NCBI GenBank assembly: GCA_964658305.1
Contig: OZ210884.1
Span: forward strand, 5,084,001 to 5,148,000
Source of the DNA: Leptogorgia sarmentosa
Taxonomy: Eukaryota
Length of the DNA stretch: 64,000 bases
Reading direction: 5' to 3'
Shown here: piece after piece, positions 1-13,100 of the stretch
Numbering within the stretch: position 1 is the stretch's first letter
How the letters are laid out: every line of letters begins with the position of its first letter
The notes under the pieces: generated by a model
Database searches by the model: none
Seen by the model: the letters and a program-made list of their open reading frames with translations, nothing else
What the model was told of the DNA's origin: nothing
Position numbers and translations under genes: made by a program

Positions 1-605
1 AAAATATGAAATTTTAAAAAATTGGCCGCTGGAATTTGTGTTTCGTCCCTTATTTATAAAAAAATGCGCATTCAAAAAATATTGTACGCAAATGCATTCG
101 GGAAACCGCCCAAAAAATAAACTACAGCAAGTTTACAGCCAAAAAATCCGAGTCAGTTATGTTACGAGTCAGTTACCCGATATGCAATAAATTTACAAAT
201 TCAAATAAAAACATATATAAACTGCTCAAAACATGTTTCCGTACACGTTTCCAGCACTAAAACTGTTCTTTAAAGAACTACAAATGTCAAAGTATTCAAG
301 AACTTGCAATAATCGCTACTTTCACGAAATGTAGGGTTGTGTTGAGAGATTATTAACGACCCTAGCTGTCGCATTGAAATACGTGGCCAAACCGGAAGTA
401 GTAAACAAATGCGCTGAGGTGGCTTTCAACTCAACAAAACTGCTAACAGTATTCTCAGCAGAAACTTTGATCTCAGAGTTACTGCTGAAGGAGTTAATCA
501 GAATGCTTCTTTAAAGGCCAATTTACCAGTTATTTAATTTTATATAATTATAACACTGATTTATATAATTACCAGTCAGTCGTCATGCAATAAAATGTAC
601 AATAC

Positions 606-3600
606 CTAAAGTTTATTGTCAGAACTGTTAATTTCAGTCTCCGTATCTAAATATATTATATTATAATCATCAGATTTAATCTCGTCTTTCGAACATTTCC
701 AAAGATACATTGGATGAGCCAAAACCAGAATTTGCATAACCAGAAGACCAACATTTACCTGTTTATACAAACAAGAAAAAGAATGTTAACACTATAGTTC
801 TGTTGAAGATTGAAATACATATATTTTCTCGATCATTACGGAAAAAATGAGTTGGGTTAATTGTCGTAGTGATTCATCAGCTAGAAATGGATTTGATTGT
901 ATATTTAAACTTCCCTTGAGTATTTTGTAGGCGGATATCATAGGAAAATGTCCGGGCACCCCGGGACAAAAATTATATACCGGTGTTAAAAAATTTCATA
1001 CCCAAGATGGATCGCCATTATAAGGTCCTTCCATTAGAGCAAACATTGGTATTTGAAAGAGTGAAACAACAGCAGAGATTAAAAGACACAATCCAAATAA
1101 CGCACCAGCATGATAAAAAGGATACCTGAGCGGAAAAAATATTGTTTCATCCTACAGTAGGAGTTAGTATCCTGTGCGGACGGGGCTCGGGATGACCAGT
1201 AAAGATTTAAATCTTTTATTACGTACAAACATATTTAACAACGTTTTCCGAAGAAGGGATGAATATGCGTCAAAAGTATCGAAACAATTATAATTTTAGA
1301 ATTAAGAACACATCCAACACCATTTCTAATAAAGGGTTATTGACCGAGCCTGAGGTCTGTACTGTGAAATATCGGACCGAGGTTATTTTAGTTTATTATA
1401 TGGCTGGATTGAGTATTTGAGCATATGCTTTTCGCGCGAATTAAATCGGCTATCATCAGTTTCACTGGGCAACAGTATACGGCAGACATACATGCTCAAT
1501 TTAAAACAATTTGGTTGTTTGAAATTTTTATCTTAAATTGGAAAATTAAAAAGCAAAAATCTTTTCTGTTTGCGAAGCGAAATTTCCCGCCAGATAAACG
1601 ACATCTGGGACACCGGTCCAGATACGGAAAACACGGACCACGTTCCGGATACGGGCTTTTACGGACCGCTTGTCAACCAATCAGAATAGAGAATTTTGAA
1701 AAGCCATATAATAAATACGTTTATATTTAAAAACGGGGGATCTGCTCCTTTCTCTTGCATGTACACCAAAATAAAGTGCTTTTCCGTACCATGATGATAA
1801 TCGAAATTATAGACTGACAAACTAGTGACAACCATTTTCAATAATCACTACAAAGAAAGCTATACCAACTCGAACGTGTCTTTAAAATCGGGGATTTTAA
1901 CTAAACCGAAATTAATATTTTTTCGTTTCAAGTAATTTTCATTTTAATAAATCATGTATTTGGCTTAAAATCTTTAGATTTTATCATAAACCATAACCAT
2001 CATTCAAAATGTTTTTAGCCGGTTAGAATTCATGGAATTAAAATCTTAAAATACAGTGAAAATGCATGGATAAAGAAAAAAATCATTTCACTTACTCTTT
2101 CATGATAAAAGATCCATGAGTAGAATACAGAAATGATCTCATGATGGTATAGAGGAAGAAATTCAGAATCTAGCAATAATCAAAGAAAATTGAAAATTTG
2201 TTTCCCTGCTTAAAGCAAAGCGATGCATGGGGATGTCAACTTTAGGCGTTTTATTTACTGAGCTGTGAGTTCTTTACTTTACCTGTAATTCAAGAACCGG
2301 AATTAGAAGACCAACAGTCAAAAAGATCGAGAGTGTACCCGTGAAAATGAAGGATAGAATGACTGAAAAGTTTCGATGTCTACCAGCAGGTGACCAATCA
2401 AGAAGAAGTCCCGGAATAAACGCCAAAACAATACCAGAAAATTGAATCAATCCCATTGTGGTAAGATAAAAATCCACTTAAAAAGAAACAGAACGATTCA
2501 AGATTTCAAATGCTTGTTGTCAAGAAGTTCTGGAAAAGTTTGAAACTAAAATTAATTCACAAAGTTGTCCTAATAACTCAGTCCTTTTGTCTCAAGCTTA
2601 TTACAAATTTGACAATTGACATTCTTGTATATAATATCATTATCTAATATCACTGTAATGTAAGAAGAACCTTGTAATACGCGCGATATTTTTTGGCATA
2701 GGTTGTAAATTAGCTTTTTTGAAATATTTCCTTTCCTATTTCTGATAAACAGACGTTGTGCATTGACTTTAGTTTTATTCGAAGCTTTTTAGAGAACTGA
2801 TAACAGAATGAGTACCTGGATGCTCCAGAATTAAAAAGCATTGTTACACACCTTTTTCCACGTCGTCTGTGAGACGTTTCAGTATTGTGTTGATCATTGC
2901 AATAAAGGAAAGAGACCGCAAAGTCGAAATGGAAACAAAACTTGTGTGAATTATAAACTTTAGACTTCTGATTATGCAGAGAAAGCTTATCTTTTCTAAA
3001 GCTAGAGAAAGAAATTTAAAGCACTGTGAGTTTACCTATAGTGAAATAAACAATAATTTAAATTCCTTTCCAAAAATAAGTGGATAATAATGATAAAGAA
3101 TTTATTAACCTCTCGTGCTGGTCTTACAGTGAAATATCGAATTTCAGTTGATTTAGTGATATTTAATTCACTGCGCAGACCCAGGTTCGGTTAACAATTT
3201 CTTTTATCATGGAGCTTTAAAGCGTTATCATGGTAATTAGTGTTGACTGTCTACCTACCTGTAGCAGTGCCACCCTTATCTTTATGCATTGCAATACTAT
3301 TCAATTCATTTCCCGTTGTTTCCCTGGGTGTGGCCCAAGCATCGTCGCATTTCAACTGCCCATCTTCCGCAGTTTTTGAACTGGAGATACCAGAGTTACT
3401 CGAGACAGATTCTTTTCTATCACTTACGCTATTGTCAATAATCTCTTTTGTGCTGTTTGGCACGTCTTTAGGGAATATCGTAAACGTAAATAACAATCCG
3501 TGTCCAAAGACAAAACAATAGTACACGATGATAATAGTTCTGAATGAAATACCAGCATTATAACATAACTAAAAAGAAATAATTAGGAAACCTAATTACA

Positions 3601-6600
3601 GCTAACCCCTATAACCCTAACTCCAAATAGATTTTGAATGATGTACGCATTTAAAACACGAGTTTTGTATCCTAAAAAGCAGGGATTGTGAGTGTTTTAA
3701 ATGGCTCAATAAACAACTACCCATGCATGCATGTAATGAGCTTTTCGACGAAGGAAGGAAAAGGCCCACATAGATTGCCTGTTTCCGTAACGCGATGTGA
3801 TTTCTCAGTTTGTGATATTAAATTTCAGTTATAATAGTAAATTTCGGAAGCCACGCGAACTATTTCTGCAGAATGGTCGGAAATATTGTACCATGCTACA
3901 GCAATTTTAATTAAATATGTTTGTTTGTTGATCAAAGATCCTGTGCCAATATTGTCCGTCAGAAAAAATAGCCTCATAATGATAACAGTGTATAATGGAG
4001 TCATGGTCAAGATTGAAAGTCGATGACAGCACTCCGAGTAGCATTTGGATCTCATCGCGGTCTCATGCACTATCAACGACTCTAGACCTCGAAATTCCGT
4101 CGCATCGATATATTTATATAACAGATATGTTATTTCAGATATTCTATAAGCCTTGATGAGAATGCAAAGCTGCGAGTTTTTCACTTTGTAGTGACAAGCT
4201 GAACAAACTGATGCACACTGAAAAAACACTATGCATGCATAATTATAGTTTACCTTAAATATAAGTAGCATCACTGCTGAAGAATCAATAGCACCATTTA
4301 TAACACTGACAGCTATGTAGCGTCGTCGAGGAAGAACGCCACAAACCTGCAGGAGAAAAAATGCAATAGATGGAAATGACGACTCGTATTTCTGTGCTGC
4401 ATGTATATACGTTTACTGGTCAGTCTTTTGGATGGAGCACCCCCCGTAACAGCGTAGGGCTGGGTACGCCCCTGCATAAAACGGCAGCATATGCAAGTTA
4501 ACCACTAAGCGCTTTTCCCTATAGTATTTATAGGTATTAAGCGAGTATAATGATATTAGAAGCATTGTGTACCTTGACCAGAATTGACATGTAGGATCCA
4601 CCGCCAATCGTGGTAAGAACAAGTCCAGGGAACAACATTTCATGGAAGCCTGCAAGTGAATTGAAAGCCATTACTAATTTGGTGATTGAAATTTACTCAT
4701 CTCTAACCAAGGCCTAAATTCAGCACGGACTTATATCGAGAGTTTGAGTAACTTTCTACGGAATTTCCCGACCTCCCAAACCTAACCCTAACCCTAACCC
4801 TGCGGAATTTCCCGACCTCCGGACGCCCAGCTTTTTTAATACGGCACCAGTGACGTAGGGTGACCAGTTCGAGTTGGTAGTGTAGCGTATCCTTACTTTA
4901 TCGAGGGGAATGAACATTAAGGGACTGAATATCACCATGGTTGGTGCTAAGGGAGATAATTCATCTGGAACAACGAAATCACCAGAAATGGTTGAGTCTC
5001 TTAACTCTGCTTTTTGAGTATTTTTTTACCGACGATGATAATAGTACCAATAGCCCAGCAGACAAATCAATTAACGACAGATTAGCATGTACGGGGAGTG
5101 TGGTCATTAATGTCAACCAGGTATCACTACTAAATAAAGGTGATGCATGTGCAGGGTAAAAGAATTATATAGCATTGATTGCAGGTTTACTAACATACCA
5201 TAGGTCGACATAAACATTGCCCCACCAGCCAGCAAATATATAAAACTAAATGTGAAAAATATAAAAAGGAATGAATAGGAAACTTCATTACCATATGCAT
5301 CACTGTATTACAAAGGTTTCCTAATACTTATAAAATTTGTAGTTTACACCGCGTAATATTATATAATTTTATATTTTGCGATAAACTACAAACTTTGTAA
5401 ATATTATCTTCACCATCCAAACATTCAAAGAATTAAACGTTTCCTAAGTTTAGTTTTGAATTACAATGATCGAGTTGTAAGCGCATTTAAGCGCAAATTT
5501 CGCGTTCAAAATTTTTGTTTCAAAATGGGGGAACATGTTGTGGTAACCACAAAGTTGAAATCGTTAACATACTGTGGTGCAGGCGCAGAAATATCGACCA
5601 GTGATCAATATAATAACGTCCAACTTCGATTTCACGTCCTCGTTGACTATTCGCTCATAGACAACGAGACTGAGTTGTCTAATTATAGTATACACTCTAT
5701 ACCCAGAATTATTTATATCAAGAAAATTCTTCAGAAACCTCAGCAAAACGCGTATTGTTTTCCTTTGCTTTTTCGCGTACCGTGGTCTATCACGGAATAG
5801 ACGACGGCTGAGTAGCCAATCAGAATGTAGTATTTGTAATAGACGATGGTTGGGTGTATACTAGTTAACAATTGGATTACGAGCTCGAGATTTCTAAGAG
5901 GTGATAGTTGATGAGGGCGAAGCCCGAATCAACTATCATCTCGTAGAAATCGAGAGCGAGTAATCTAATTGTTTTAGTAGAATCAGAGATCAAACATGAA
6001 AATATTGGAAAAAATAATTTAAAAACGCGTCTCAGAAGACATTTTCTTGAACGAAAATTCACATGTTTTGCTACTCGCTATATCTATTGAAGAATAGATA
6101 TCGAGTAGAGTATATAGCCAATCACATTGCAGCATTTGCAATAGTATACGAGTATGATTCTACTAATTGTTAATTATTGCGACTATTTGAATTTCGCTCC
6201 GGCAAGAAACATTTTTTGCGCCGTTTTCACACCGTGCCGGCATAGTGTGAACGTAGTCTAAATGTCGGATCACGCGCGAATGTTGCATGGGGATGTTTCA
6301 AATTTGTTCACAACAAACCAACCCGGTGCCGTTAAAATTGCCGTTAAAAAATCGTTAACTCGTTCTGGGTAACAGCAGCTTAAAAGCATGAATAAAAGTT
6401 CTATAAAGAGAGAGAATAGTTATATTGCTAATATTACATATATGTTGATATAACTGGAGGATCGAAACCTTACCTTGCCAGTATCCTTGTCTTTCTAAAG
6501 CCAAACTTGTCCAAATATTTGCCACTGAGGAATATTGAAGCAAAAGTAGCGAAAACGGAGATTGTATAGGCCATACGAAGAACGCTGTCTTGCTCTCCAC

Positions 6601-6808
6601 ATGTTCGTGTATTTACGTATTCACTGCTATTGGATTTACTTGAGTTTGTTTGCGATATAATAGTAAAGTTAGATTTTGCCTCATGGGCGCAATAAGACGA
6701 AAAATATTGTTCATTTTCAAGGATTTCCAATAATTGAGCCCATCCGAATATGCAAGCTGTACACAGAACGCTTTCGAATACACTCCAGACAACTAAAGCA
6801 AGATACAT
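606..6808 (-). CDS. SLC43A-like: SLC43-family MFS transporter (LAT3/LAT4/SLC43A3-like), copy A, 10 coding exons, ~518 aa
   Basis: Exons, all GT-AG and phase-consistent: 6808-6474, 5245-5199, 4649-4573, 4346-4254, 3568-3259, 3001-2852, 2476-2283, 2169-2096, 1125-1002, 758-606 (stop TAG). Total 1557 nt. SLC43-type motifs: ESVLCTACIFGWAQLLEILENEQYFSSYC, CGEQDSVL, GKYLDKFGFRKTR, NGAIDSS, RSFLY, YPFYHAGALFG. A splice acceptor lies 2 nt upstream of the ATG, so a further upstream exon probably exists but was not located. Confidence 0.9.
5590..5865. repeat. Interspersed repeat; related copy in opposite orientation at ~20802-21412
   Basis: Shared blocks such as GACTATTCGCTCAT.GACAACGAGAC, CCAGAATT.TTTATATCAAGAAAA and CCGTGGTCTATCACGGAATAGAC. 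Confidence 0.75.
5866..6175. repeat. Interspersed fold-back repeat with GGGCGAAGCCC-capped hairpin; second copy at ~19407-19685
   Basis: Near-identical sequence (TTAACAATT.GATTACGAGCTCGAGATTTCTA...GATTCTACTAA) at both sites; long internal palindrome. Confidence 0.8.
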
Positions 6809-7354
6809 GTCTACATAAAAATTCAAAATCAACTCATCACAATATATTTTATTCTTATTAGCTGCAGTTTTATGCTGGTTTCTCTTTGGGCAGTAGATTC
6901 ATTTCTTTCATTATTTTCCAGCCGTCTTAAATCTTTCTTAAGCAACGATCAAGAAGTCGGATCTGTGTTGAAAATATCGTTCATATAAGATTCGTCGGTG
7001 TAATATTTTACTTGTGGTGCATTCATGCATATTCAGTTACAATAAACATCTGGATATAATTATTCCATAATCATCTCTTGTACGGCAATTTCGCTGTCAG
7101 GCGTTGCTCAGTAAAATAAAGAAAACCACCTTAGCTATAATTTTTAAATTTTTTTATTAATTTCAATTCAGACGGATGTCTTGCCGAATTGATTCTCACA
7201 TCTGTTTTATCTTTATCTCAATAATCTACATATTGCCATGTGCTCACTCATCAAGAAAATTAGCATAAATTGAAATCTATGACAACGTCCTGTTCGCTCA
7301 AAGAATTTGAACCCGCCGTCGGGTTTTTGCCTTCTCGGATTCTCCTCTCTGCAG

Positions 7355-7595
7355 GGGCCGGTTGTACGAAGCCCGTTTAGCCTAAACGGTGGATAAGCCA
7401 AAATTTAATAACACTTTCACAATTCTTGTAAATGTATCAATTTAAATTTCATGCACTAAATATACGTAGTGGCAGTCATAGATGTTCTATTCATGTTGAA
7501 AACTTTCAGTTTTGTTGTTCAATGAATTAATAGACTTGTTTTTATTTTTCAGCTTATCCGCCGTTTACGTTAAACGGGCTTCGTACAACCGGTCC
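7355..7595. mobile_element. PIF/Harbinger-type MITE
   Basis: TIRs GGGCCGGTTGTACGAAGCCCGTTTA / TAAACGGGCTTCGTACAACCGGTCC; 3-bp TSD CAG on both sides. Confidence 0.8.
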
Positions 7596-7617
7596 CAGAT
7601 GTTTAATTCCTTAACAG

Positions 7618-7920
7618 AAGCTGATGTTACACGAGATGATTTTCAACGACGATTCGCAATTTAAATGAAGTTGCACAGGATTTGATTGGTTAAGCCCTTT
7701 CTGCACGAGCAATTTTTATGTGACAATTTTGCATGAGACAATTTTTATTTACCCGTGTAGGCGGGAAGAATTGGGCAATTTTTGTGTGGCAAATACATTT
7801 TTTGAAAAGCTGGCGTGTTAGCTTTTATGTGACAAATAAAAGTTGCCACATAAAATGGGCTCGTGTAAGCAGCCCGTTGCGGTGCGAATTGTTGAAAATC
7901 ATTTTGTGTAACATCGGCTT
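7618..7920. mobile_element. Harbinger-like MITE with a second MITE (~7691-7876) nested inside
   Basis: Outer TIRs AGCTGATGTTACACGAGATGATTTTCAAC / GTTGAAAATCATTTTGTGTAACATCGGCT. Inner element has CACGAGCAATTTTTATGTGACAA / TTGCCACATAAAATGGGCTCGTG, similar to the 8643-9003 family. Confidence 0.65.
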
Positions 7921-8432
7921 ACTATAACGTAATTATGTCTTATATATTAAACAATTATTGAATGGGGTCGAGAAGGATATGAGGAATTATTAAGGCCGAG
8001 GTTTGTGTAATTTTGCTGAAGCCGAAGGCTGCGGCAAATAATTACAAATGACGAGTTCACCCACTGCTCTTGGCCAATCAAAACTCTTGAATTATGACGT
8101 TATGAATTATCAACTCTTGAATATATGACATTATGACGTCGACTAATTTATGCAGCTTATACCAATAACAGATGTTTGAGGGAAATCCATTACTTCATTC
8201 GTTTTATTCATTTTAATTTCCTGCACGAAAGGCGAATTAATTCAAGTTTTATTAGTCTTGTATTGTGGACTTCGTAAACGCGAACGTCAGAATGTCACAT
8301 TTTTGGGGATTAGTGCACCGGGTTTTTCGAATTCTTTCTTTGGCCTGCGGCGTCCACGCGATCACGCAATGTTAGATAAGTTGTACAATAGAAACTGTTC
8401 ACAGTTCACTGGGACTTCGCATATATAAACGG

Positions 8433-9054
8433 AGCAGTCTTGCGACTAATCTCTACGAGCTGCTAAAGAGAGGCGGATTTCGTCTAACAAAATGGACATC
8501 AAACTCACGGAATGTGTTGGAATCTCTGCCAGAAAGTGAACGAGTAGCGAAGGTGAAGGACCTGGACTTTGGTCAAGTTCACGTAGAAAGAGCGCTCGGT
8601 GTAAACGTAAGGTGGAACATCATCTCCGATGTGTTTGGCTAAAGCCGGTCACAGACGAGCAAGTTTTCTACGACAAGTTTTTATGTGACAAGTTTTATTT
8701 GCCAAGTGCACGTGACAGTGTATGTGCGACAAATTTTATATGACAAGTTTTCATATGACAAGTTTTACTTTGCTGGTGTGAACGTGTCAACAAGTTTACT
8801 TTAACAAGTTTTCTTTGTTGACCTATACAGACGAGCAAAGTGTATGCCCTTGCTCAAAAGCTAGCATGCTAGCTCTAGCTTTTGAGCAAGTGTAGTAGTG
8901 TACTTGTCATAGAAAAACTTGTCAAAGTTGCGCGTACAGACGAGCGAAGTAAACTTGTCACATAAAAACTTGTCATAGAAAACTTGCTCGTCTGTAACCG
9001 GCTTAAAAGATAATCATCCAAGATAGACCGGCAACTAGACAAGGCATTCTCTCT
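8433..9054 (+). mobile_element. BEL/Pao LTR-retrotransposon pol fragment, split by a MITE
   Basis: Translates as LYELLKRGGFRLTKWTSNSRNVLESLPESER...VERALGV..RWNIISDVFG, then the MITE, then KIIIQDRPATRQGILS. These are typical BEL/Pao motifs downstream of the RT core. Confidence 0.8.
8643..9003. mobile_element. PIF/Harbinger-type MITE
   Basis: TIRs AGCCGGTCACAGACGAGCAAGTTTTCTA / TAGAAAACTTGCTCGTCTGTAACCGGCT; TSD TAA; internal GACAAGTTTT subrepeats. Confidence 0.85.
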
Positions 9055-9165
9055 AACGCGTTTCCCCTGAGTCCGATAAAGATACAAATAAATGATCAAA
9101 CAATTATTTAAATTCGGTTCTCGTAAGTCGTAGGATATGCTGAATAATTCCACATATCCTACATA

Positions 9166-10129
9166 TAATCTGAATATGAATGTTAGTGCCCAGCAAGCGA
9201 TTTTTAATGCATACATATTAAAACCATCCAGTTTTATATAAAATTTATTGCTAACGTTTAGTTGCTACATCGAAACATCATCAGAGCTATAATGATAATG
9301 TAGCTAATAGTTGGTGTATCTATATCTACATGATTATATGAGTTTTATATTACAAACGGTTAAAATTCAAATACAAAAGAACGAATAAGAAAAGATTTAG
9401 AAAAACGATATGTCAAAAGCAGGAATAAGTTCATTAGTTGTTACAGAGAATTAAGTGATCAGGTCAAGTTCGAGTGGGATTAGTGATTAAAAAGATACAG
9501 AGGTGTAGAAGAAATATTATTGTTGAGGACAGGTTTGAATTTAGAGATGAGGAGACTTTCACGTATTTCGAGATCAAACTTAGAGTTACTTGATGTTAGT
9601 ATAGTAAAGTCAGAATCAGAAATGGTGTGTTTAGTGAAATGGTGGTGAGTTAGAACAGCAGACATTTGAGAGACTGAGAGCTTATTCCCAGTTCTAGACG
9701 AAACTCCCATGTGTTCTGAGATTCGCGTGTGTATATGTCGGCGTGTTTGACCAACATACAATGCGTCACAGCATTGACACTTATATTTGTACACAACATG
9801 CGATCTCATTTATTTCTTCTACACCTCTGTCTTGACCTGATCACTTAATTCTCTGTAACAATTAATGAACTTATTCCTGCTTTTGACATATCGTTTTTCT
9901 AAATCTTTTCTTATTCGTTCTTTTGTATTTGAATTTTAACCGTTTGTAATATAAAACTCATATAATCATGTATATATAGATACACCAACTATTACATTAT
10001 CATTATAGCTCTGATGATGTTGCGATGTAGCAACGAAACGTTAGCAATAAATTTTATATAAAACTGGATGGTTTTAATATGTATGCATTAAAAATCGCTT
10101 GCTGGGCACTAATATTCATATTCAGATTA
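9166..10129 (-). mobile_element. 5'-truncated Penelope-like retroelement (GIY-YIG endonuclease C-terminus) with inverted terminal repeat
   Basis: ORF 9809-9480 reads VVYKYKCQCCDALYVGQTRRHIHTRISEH...LEIRESLLI..KPVLN (GIY-YIG). 9811-10129 is an inverted copy of 9166-9516 with a ~28-bp deletion. A 17-bp direct repeat TATCCTACATATAATCT lies at 9155-9171 and 10159-10175. Confidence 0.88.
10003..10050 (+). ncRNA. Minimal type I hammerhead ribozyme motif in the Penelope terminal repeat
   Basis: TTATAGCT-CTGATGA-T-GTTGC gatgta GCAAC-GAAA-CGTT-AGCAATAA: intact core, 5-bp stem II, palindromic mini stem III (ACGT), stem I 7/8 paired. Confidence 0.75.
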
Positions 10130-13100
10130 AGATTCCCGCCTGGTATTTCAATTGCCACTATCCTACATATAATCTCATTCAATAATTGTTAAGTATACTG
10201 CGCAAACATCCAAAGGTCACGCGGCAATTCTCACCAACTCTCTCCGTTCTGCAACGACGGAGTGATAACCTTGGATATAGTTTTGAATTATAGGCAATAG
10301 CTAGGTACTGTAACCATTTTACATAAATTTACCGTCCAATTATATTGACCAGCCGGTCATCCGCTAAACAAGGCCTACAGTTTGTTGTCAGTATTGTTGA
10401 TTTTAGCCTCCGTATCTAAATCTGTGATATTATGAATATCAGATTTAATCTCGTCTTTCGAACATTTCCAAAGATACATCGGATGAACCAAAACCAGAAT
10501 TTGTATAACCAGAAGACCAACATTTACCTGTTTACACACAATAAGAAGAATTATGTTACAATCAACAAAATGGTGAGTTTTCAATTACCACAAAATTTAC
10601 CATCCAGTGTGTGGTTCTCAATCGTTCTGTGCTTCTCATATTATGTATATCTCACATCTTGTACTCTTTATTTCAACTGGGGTATTTTAAATATTTGGGG
10701 TATGAAGTATATTATCATATCGCTTCAAATAAAACGTCATGCCACCTCAATAAGGACGAAAAATCTATAATTAGATTGCGGTGTTAAAAAATTTCATACC
10801 CAAGATGGATCGCCATTATAAGGTCCTTCCATTAGAGCAAACATTGGTATTTGAAAGAGTGAAACAACAGCAGAGATTAAAAGACACAATCCAAATAACG
10901 CACCAGCATGATAAAAAGGATATCTGAATGAAAAAAATATTGGTTCAGCCAACACTGCCGACTGTATGTGAATCAAAGCTGTTTTCCGAGTGCGCGTTTT
11001 TCATCCGTAATTGTACGTACGTAGAAATTGGAATTGATTTTAACGTCAGTTTCTATATACAATCACTTGAATAAACATAAAGCTTATAAGGAATGTTCGA
11101 CTGTAATATCTTTCCTGTTTAAGGCCTTTTCGATTTAAGGCCTTTTCCAGTCTAACCTTTCAATCTTTTCGGCTTAAAATCTCCGCGTGGAAGAAATCTT
11201 GATTCAGGATCATAAACTATGAGCGTGATTCAAAATGTTGGTTGGTGGTTAGAATTGATAAATCCGTCAAATCGTATAAAGACATGTCCAAGAAATAATT
11301 TCACTTACTCTTTCATGATAAAGGATCCATGTGTCGAATACAGAAATGATCTCAGGATGGTAAAAATAACGAAATTGAGAATCTAGCAATAGTAAAAAAA
11401 ATATTGAAAATTTGTTACCATAGAGCAAATCACATTGCACTCTTTCGAAATGGAACATTCTCTTCAATATTACTTGACCATATTTAACCAATTAAACCAC
11501 CAGAATGCAACGACGAGGTATCATGTAAAATATTATACCTCAATTTCAAATTGTTCAATTGAAAAACCGTGTTTGTACCGACATGACAATGAGATTTTTA
11601 AGGTATTTCACTCATTCAAAATTACCCTGCCGGCCTAGCCTGCTTGATCATGAGCGAGAAGTTTCCTTAGCAACATGGCCGACAACAAAAATCGGAAATG
11701 CGAACTAATTTTATCTAAATGAAATTCTCGGTATCATATATCAGTTATCGACCTTTCACTCGGTGTATTTCACAAAAAAATACCTCTTAATTGGGATGAA
11801 ATATTCCTTGGATGCGCCCACGAAAAATATTTCATCCCTCGAGGTAATTTTTGTGAAATACCCCTTGTTCCAGGTGAATAACTGATAAAAATTTGTTTCC
11901 AAAAATATTTTTCCTATTGTGAAAATCACCTCTTATATAATTATACGGCCAGAACATTTGTACCAATATTGTGTCTAGCAGCTACACGTCAACATGCAGG
12001 GTCACCGTTTAGCAGACATGAATTTTTAATGAAAACGTTCATGGACTCTGGAGGAAAGAGGGTCATTTTGTGATTTTTCTATCGATTCGAACGCTTCAAA
12101 TTCCAAGCAAGCAGCTGAAGTTTACCTAATAATTGTCATGTTGGGGCGTTTTATTTACTGAACTGCATGTGCATGTGTTCTTTACTTTACCTGTAATTCA
12201 AGGACCGGAATTAGAAGACCAACAGTCAAACAGATCGAGAGTGTACCCGTGAAAATGAAGGATAGAATGACTGAAAAGTTTCGATGTCTACCAGCAGGTG
12301 ACCAATCAAGAAGAAATCCCGGAATAAACGCCAAAACAATACCAGAAAATTGAATCAATCCCAGTGTGGTAAGATAAAAATCCACTGAAAAAAACAGAAC
12401 GATTCAAGATTTCAAAATTGTTGTCAAGAAGTTGTGGAAGTTTGAAACTAAAATTAATTCACAAAGTTGTCCTAACAACTCTGATACAGTCCTTTTGTCT
12501 TAAGCTTATTACAAATTTGACAATTGACATTCTTGTATATAATATCACTATCTAATATCACTATAATGTAAGAAGAACCTTGTAATAAGCGCGATATTTT
12601 TTGGTATAGGTTGTAAATACAGCTTTTTTGAAATATTTCCTATCCTATTTCTGATAAAAACACGTTGTGCATAGACGTGAGTTTTATTCGAAGCTTTTTA
12701 GAGAACTGATAACAGAATGAGTACCTGGATGCTCCAGAATTAAAAAGCATTGCTACACACCTTTTTCCACGTCGTCTGTGAGACGTTTCAGTATTGTGTT
12801 GATCATTGCAATAAAGGAAAGACACCGCAAAGTCGAAATGGAAACAAAACTTGTGTGAATTATAAACTTCAGACTTCTGATTATGTAGAGGAAACTTATC
12901 TTTTTTATAGCTAGAGAAAGAAATTTAAAGCACTGTGAGTTTAGCTAATCAACTGGCATACGTTGTCTATGCGTTCACCCGGGCAAGAGTTCCTGGAAAA
13001 GTTACGATCAGGTGTAGGATGGCAAACAATAACCGGCATTTCCGCCAAACTGTTCATTGATTTCGTTTCATTTATCCGTCATATCTTGAACATCAGTGAT

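Noticed and set aside
1425..1730. 101-aa ORF and similar short ORFs (5456, 8875, 17965, 25914, 50585)
   Set aside because: They lie in repeats or AT-rich non-coding DNA and show no recognisable domains or splice context.
4778..4800. (CCCTAA)n telomere-like motif, also at ~3603 and ~48288
   Set aside because: Only 2-3 units inside interspersed repeats; not a telomere and too short to call an interstitial telomeric array.
4930..5125. Intronic block conserved in both SLC43 copies (also ~16265-16460) with short ORFs
   Set aside because: The copies differ by frame-breaking indels, no consistent splice sites were found, and the CDS joins in frame without it.
5906..5935. TTGATGA-GGGC-GAA-GCCC-GAAT resembles a hammerhead core
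   Set aside because: Core positions C3 and A15.1 are wrong, and the segment is the tip of a long DNA palindrome.
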